NCBI GenBank assembly: GCA_963708295.1 | Contig: CAVPSJ010000004.1 | Location: forward strand, 992,001-1,056,000 | From: an uncultured delta proteobacterium | GTDB taxonomy: Bacteria > Desulfobacterota > BSN033 > UBA1163 | Length of the DNA: 64,000 nucleotides | Direction of reading: 5' to 3' | Part shown: positions 60,156 through 64,000 of the stretch, piece after piece | How the letters are laid out: each line of letters starts with the position of its first letter | How positions within the stretch are numbered: position 1 is the stretch's first letter | Notes under the pieces: generated by a model | What the model saw: the letters and a program-made list of their open reading frames with translations, nothing else | The model's database searches: none | What the model was told of the DNA's origin: nothing | Program-made: the position numbers and the translations under genes

Positions 60156-61118
60156 ATGAAAAGGGTCTTTTCCCTATTGGGAGTCATTCTTTTCTTATGC
60201 GGATGGACCCCGTTCTGTGAAGCCGTCGTGGACCGCGTCGTGGCCGTGGTTAATAAAGAGATTATCACGCTCTCCGAAGTCGAAAAGCGGATGCCCCAGT
60301 TGAGAGAAGAGATCATGAACGGGGATCGTTTAGAGAAGCAGGAACGAATGCAGGCCCTCTGCGGACAGGTGTTGGAGAGGCTGATTGAGGAGAAACTGAT
60401 TGACCAGGAAGCGAAGAAGTCCGGAATCAAAATTTCCAACAAAGAAGTCGAGGCAGCCTTGGAGGAAATCAAGCGCCGAAATAGCGCCACCCAGGAGGAT
60501 TTGGAGAAGGCGTTAGCCGTTGAAGGGCTGACGGTAGAGACCTATAAGAAACAGGTCGAGAAAAGCATCCAGCGACAGAGGTTGATCAGCTTGTCGGTAA
60601 AGGTTGAAGAGAAACCTGGAGAAAAAGAGTTGAGGGAATTTTATCAAAGGAATATCAGCCGCTATCGAACCAACGAAACCTATCGACCCGCCCAGATCCT
60701 CTTCGCCATTCGGAGAGGGGCAACACCGGAGGAGATTCAGGAGATCAGGAAGAGGTGTCAGAATGTCTTAGAAAGGATCAAGAAAGGAGAGGATTTTGGG
60801 GAAATGGCTCTTCTGTATTCAGAGGATCCCTCAAATAAGGACCGTGGGGATTTGGGCTATTTTAGGAGGGGAGAACTCCTCCCTGTCTTTGAAAGAGAGG
60901 CGTTGCGCCTCAATGTGGGAGAGGTGAGTGGAATTATTCGAACAGACTTCGGTTTCCATATTATTAAACTTCTTGATCGAAAGGGAACGGACCCTCTCCC
61001 TTTTGAGGAGGTTTTGGAAAGAGTAAAAGCAGACTATTATGAGGGTGAAATGGAAAAGGCATTCAAGCAGTATCTCAGCACTTTAAAAGAGAAAGCCGTC
61101 ATCGAAATCAAACTCTGA
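60156..61118 (+). CDS. SurA-like chaperone/PPIase
   Basis: VVDRVVAVVNKEIITLSEV, YSEDP, GDLGYF, TDFGFHIIK. Confidence 0.88.
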   Translation: MKRVFSLLGVILFLCGWTPFCEAVVDRVVAVVNKEIITLSEVEKRMPQLREEIMNGDRLEKQERMQALCGQVLERLIEEKLIDQEAKKSGIKISNKEVEAALEEIKRRNSATQEDLEKALAVEGLTVETYKKQVEKSIQRQRLISLSVKVEEKPGEKELREFYQRNISRYRTNETYRPAQILFAIRRGATPEEIQEIRKRCQNVLERIKKGEDFGEMALLYSEDPSNKDRGDLGYFRRGELLPVFEREALRLNVGEVSGIIRTDFGFHIIKLLDRKGTDPLPFEEVLERVKADYYEGEMEKAFKQYLSTLKEKAVIEIKL

Positions 61119-61146
61119 CCGGAACCCAGATCGGTCTAGGCCTCCT

Positions 61147-61251
61147 TTAGCCGAACTCCGGACAGCCTAGGATAACCCAAAACAGGACCACCGCTACAGC
61201 GACGCTCAAGATAATGTTAAACAAAATGTCCTTGAGAATGGTTGTCTGCAT
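61147..61251 (-). CDS. Putative 34-aa single-pass membrane protein
   Basis: MQTTILKDILFNIILSVAVAVVLFWVILGCPEFG*; below the ORF-track cutoff; weak RBS. Confidence 0.35.
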   Translation of the reverse strand: MQTTILKDILFNIILSVAVAVVLFWVILGCPEFG

Positions 61252-61322
61252 CGCTCTTCGATGAAGGAACCCGCTTCTGGTTCGCCCCCCATCCGGACGA
61301 AGTGGAAAACGCCGCCGGGCGG

Positions 61323-61982
61323 TTATTCCAATCTCTTCTCGTACTCTCCTTGTTTCTGATTGACTTGAACGGCATAGTTCAAATTCGGATGCGCAGCATT
61401 TTCACCGTTGTTATAATCCGTCAGGGTCTTGGCCATTCTCGCTTTATGATTGGTTAAGTGCTTATTTTGATCGTAGAAATCCTTGAGAATCTCGCATCCT
61501 ATCGTGATATTCAGATACGGATCGGTCATCGCCCTCCGATCCACGTTCAGATTAAGCTTGACCACGTACGCGTCCCATTTGAAAGGCATAATCTGCATCA
61601 GTCCCTGAGCACCTTTGGATGATCTGGCATTGGGATAGAATTCGGATTCCTGGTGGATCACGGCCATAATCAGTGACAACGGCAGGTCCAGTTCTCTTGA
61701 TTTCTTGACGATCGCCTCTGCAATATCGAGCCCCTGGCCGAGGCTGTACCCCTTGGTTCTCAGGATCCCATAAAGCTTATCCTTGATGCGATACTCCTCG
61801 ATGATCTGCATGACATCGGAGTAAGAGGGCACCGTATTCTTTTTCTCAAGGGCAACCGTCGCCAGAACTGCGATGGCGATCATATAGACCAGGTTTACAA
61901 CGACAAATCGGAAAATCCATTTTCTTCGAATCTTTATGAACCTTTCCTTTAAAACAACTCCGGAGTTGGATTTCTCTCCCAT
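61323..61982 (-). CDS. Membrane-anchored lytic transglycosylase (SLT domain)
   Basis: N-terminal TM; AVIHQESEF, SSKGAQGLMQIMP, NITIG, YN. Confidence 0.88.
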   Translation of the reverse strand: MGEKSNSGVVLKERFIKIRRKWIFRFVVVNLVYMIAIAVLATVALEKKNTVPSYSDVMQIIEEYRIKDKLYGILRTKGYSLGQGLDIAEAIVKKSRELDLPLSLIMAVIHQESEFYPNARSSKGAQGLMQIMPFKWDAYVVKLNLNVDRRAMTDPYLNITIGCEILKDFYDQNKHLTNHKARMAKTLTDYNNGENAAHPNLNYAVQVNQKQGEYEKRLE

Positions 61983-62501
61983 AACCTCGCACTCCTCGTT
62001 TAATGGAATTTTCTTTGCAATAGACTGATGCAGTCTAAGAGTTCGGTCCGTCCGATGCCTTTTCTAACCCACGCATCTTGAAAAGATCCCTTCATGGTAG
62101 TCTATAAGCTCCAAGTTCCATGCCAATACTGTATTTTTACATGAACTCAGCCAGGTTACCCTCATTTTTATCCAAATACATAAAGGGCCTCCATAGAAAA
62201 GGAACCCTTTTTCTCTTTTTTCCTGTTTCCTTTCCTCATTTTCTTGGGAGAGCTGAAATTGTTTTCGCCTCATATGTCTTCATTCGTGATCAGGTTTCTT
62301 TAGGAATTCTGAGATATCCCTGAGTGCTTTGAGTACTGCCCTGGTCTGGGTTAGTAAGGTAAGATAGGAGGAAAACAAACGCGGACTGTGGCCAGAGGAC
62401 GATCTGTTTCTCGCTATTGAGACCGGGGGAACGGGAACAAACGGCGAGTGGGCTGTTTCGGGTGCAAGGACTCGCTCATGCTTCTACCCACCCCTCTTTC
62501 C

Positions 62502-63053
62502 TCAGTTTTGTCTTCCCGAAGCCTTGCGAAGGTCGCTGAGAAAGTCGGGAGGAATCTTATAGCCTAAATCCTGTGCCTTCTTAATATCCACCCAGGATCT
62601 ATCGTACTCCTGCTTCGAGTAATAGGCAACGCCTCGATTAAAGAAGATTTCAGGGTTCTTTGAATCTATCTGGAGAGCTTTGTTGTAATCAGAGATGGCC
62701 TTGTCATACTGACCTTTTTCGATAAAGGCGTTTCCGCGGTTACAGTAGGCTCGGGCCTCCTTTGAATCGATCAGAAGTACCGCACCATAATCGGAGATGG
62801 CCTGATCATGCAGGCCTTTGCGCCTATAAGCAATCCCCCGGTTAAGATAGGCCTCCACGTATTTTGGGCTTAGCTCAAGAGCCTTGTTATAATCCAAGAT
62901 GGCTTGATCGTATTCCCCTTGTTGCAGATGCTGTGTTCCCAGGGTGAAGTAGGCTTCCGCCTGTTGGCTCGGCATCGGACGACTTGATCCGCACGAAAAT
63001 AACATGGGAATGCAAATTGTCATCACGATCCATAAAGCCGTTTTGCCTTTCAT
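62502..63053 (-). CDS. TPR-repeat lipoprotein
   Basis: Lipobox LFSC; repeated AY.NRG...G.YD.AI.DY..AL TPR units. Confidence 0.85.
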   Translation of the reverse strand: MKGKTALWIVMTICIPMLFSCGSSRPMPSQQAEAYFTLGTQHLQQGEYDQAILDYNKALELSPKYVEAYLNRGIAYRRKGLHDQAISDYGAVLLIDSKEARAYCNRGNAFIEKGQYDKAISDYNKALQIDSKNPEIFFNRGVAYYSKQEYDRSWVDIKKAQDLGYKIPPDFLSDLRKASGRQN

Positions 63054-63484
63054 GAAGGGGCTCCTTGCACATTGCCAATTTTTCCGTACCCAATATCGAT
63101 CATGGAATAAACTTTACCTCCTTTAACAGAATCTGTCAATCGGTGACAGAAGCTTATCTCCTCCAGTGATCCCGCACACGGCATATCACCGGGTTCCGCC
63201 ATTCCTAAAAGCTCCAAATTTTTTCTCTAAGAGCCCCCGACGGGCCTCCCATACACTCTCTTCTCGTATGTTTTATGGAGAGCTCATCGATTGAAGAAGA
63301 TTGCAAGAGGTTCTATGATTTGATCAAGAGATCCTGGCTTGATCCTGCGTCGGGATTAGGAAAAGGATTGAACAAAAGGGTCGCCATAGCAACGTGGGGC
63401 AAGGACAGTGAATTGGCTGTAAAAGCAGAGCGGAGGGAATGAAGTTGCCGCCGCGGAGCTTTCTTCCGCCGCGAAAAGAGGCCT

Positions 63485-64000
63485 TTAATAGGGAGAAGAA
63501 AAGAAAGTATCAAAGACATCGGCTAAAATCTCATTCATGATTGCCCCTACCCTTTCAGGGGTGGACCTTGCAACCGTGATTTCTTTCTCCATCTCTACAT
63601 TTCGTGTAAAAACCTTGCCTTCACTTTTCACTCCGAGATGAATCACCAATTGAACCGTGGTCTTAATATTTGACCTCAACAGACTTCCCGTCCCCTCCGA
63701 CCAGAATTTCTTGATTTCGATCGTCAACACAGAGTCAGCGTCGATATCTTTGAGAGATTCGGGCGTCGCATCCCAATTTGACACGGATACTGCCTTAACC
63801 CCTAGCCAGGAAAGCGCATCGCCCAAAGACTTTTCAAGCGCTCTTTCCAAAGGCATAGGAAGGGTTTCAAAATGAGTTGCCAGCCCTTGAAGAGGGAAAT
63901 GGATTCCAATGTAAGATTTTTCCTGACGCTCGTCTTTAAAGGGAGCGATCCCGATTCTCGAACCGAGCTTCTGTTGTAGGGAAGGAAATACCCTCTTGGG
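63485..64000 (-). CDS. Hypothetical protein, possibly YajG-like; 5' end outside the window
   Basis: Frame appears to continue to the window edge (GIAPFKDER upstream); LTIEIKKFW. Confidence 0.5.
   Translation of the reverse strand, partial: PKRVFPSLQQKLGSRIGIAPFKDERQEKSYIGIHFPLQGLATHFETLPMPLERALEKSLGDALSWLGVKAVSVSNWDATPESLKDIDADSVLTIEIKKFWSEGTGSLLRSNIKTTVQLVIHLGVKSEGKVFTRNVEMEKEITVARSTPERVGAIMNEILADVFDTFFSSPY

Noticed and set aside
61323-63053. Prophage lysis module (SLT, small TM protein, TPR)
   Set aside because: No phage structural, terminase or integrase genes nearby.

Overview
64 kb of a Gram-negative bacterial chromosome. Gene content and order look like Desulfobacterota/deltaproteobacteria (inference). 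The backbone is housekeeping: tRNA-Ala(CGC), a GAF histidine kinase and receiver, galT, dksA, a peptide ABC transporter, rlpA, rnc-mtaB, a liv-type ABC transporter, asd, ffh-rpsP-khpA-rimM-trmD-rplS-rnhB-yraN, dapL, tldD, mfd and three PpiC/SurA-type foldases. Three integron-related islands are embedded in it. (1) At 15.4-20.1 kb is a decapitated integron: the C-terminal remnant of intI plus seven attC sites. Its cassettes include two clear and one putative toxin-antitoxin pairs, and it is interrupted by a RAYT-like HUH/Y1 transposase bounded by perfect 19-bp terminal inverted repeats, which is atypical for HUH elements. (2) At 36.9-37.3 kb is a lone promoter/attI-like/cassette/attC unit. (3) At 48.9-50.9 kb is an AT-rich two-cassette array with the 3' end of a group IIC intron sitting exactly in an attC R'' box. 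Other notable items are a BamD-linker-LptA fusion, twin Fem/GNAT-like genes flanking a TraB-family gene beside tRNA-Ala, an ATP-grasp/7TM/double-protease operon, and many nested REP/MITE-like palindromes and short tandem repeats. Several conserved genes (traB-like, oppC, tldD, mfd) carry single-base frameshifts that look like sequencing indels, so fine structure needs read-level confirmation. All assignments come from reading motifs by eye; no database searches were run.
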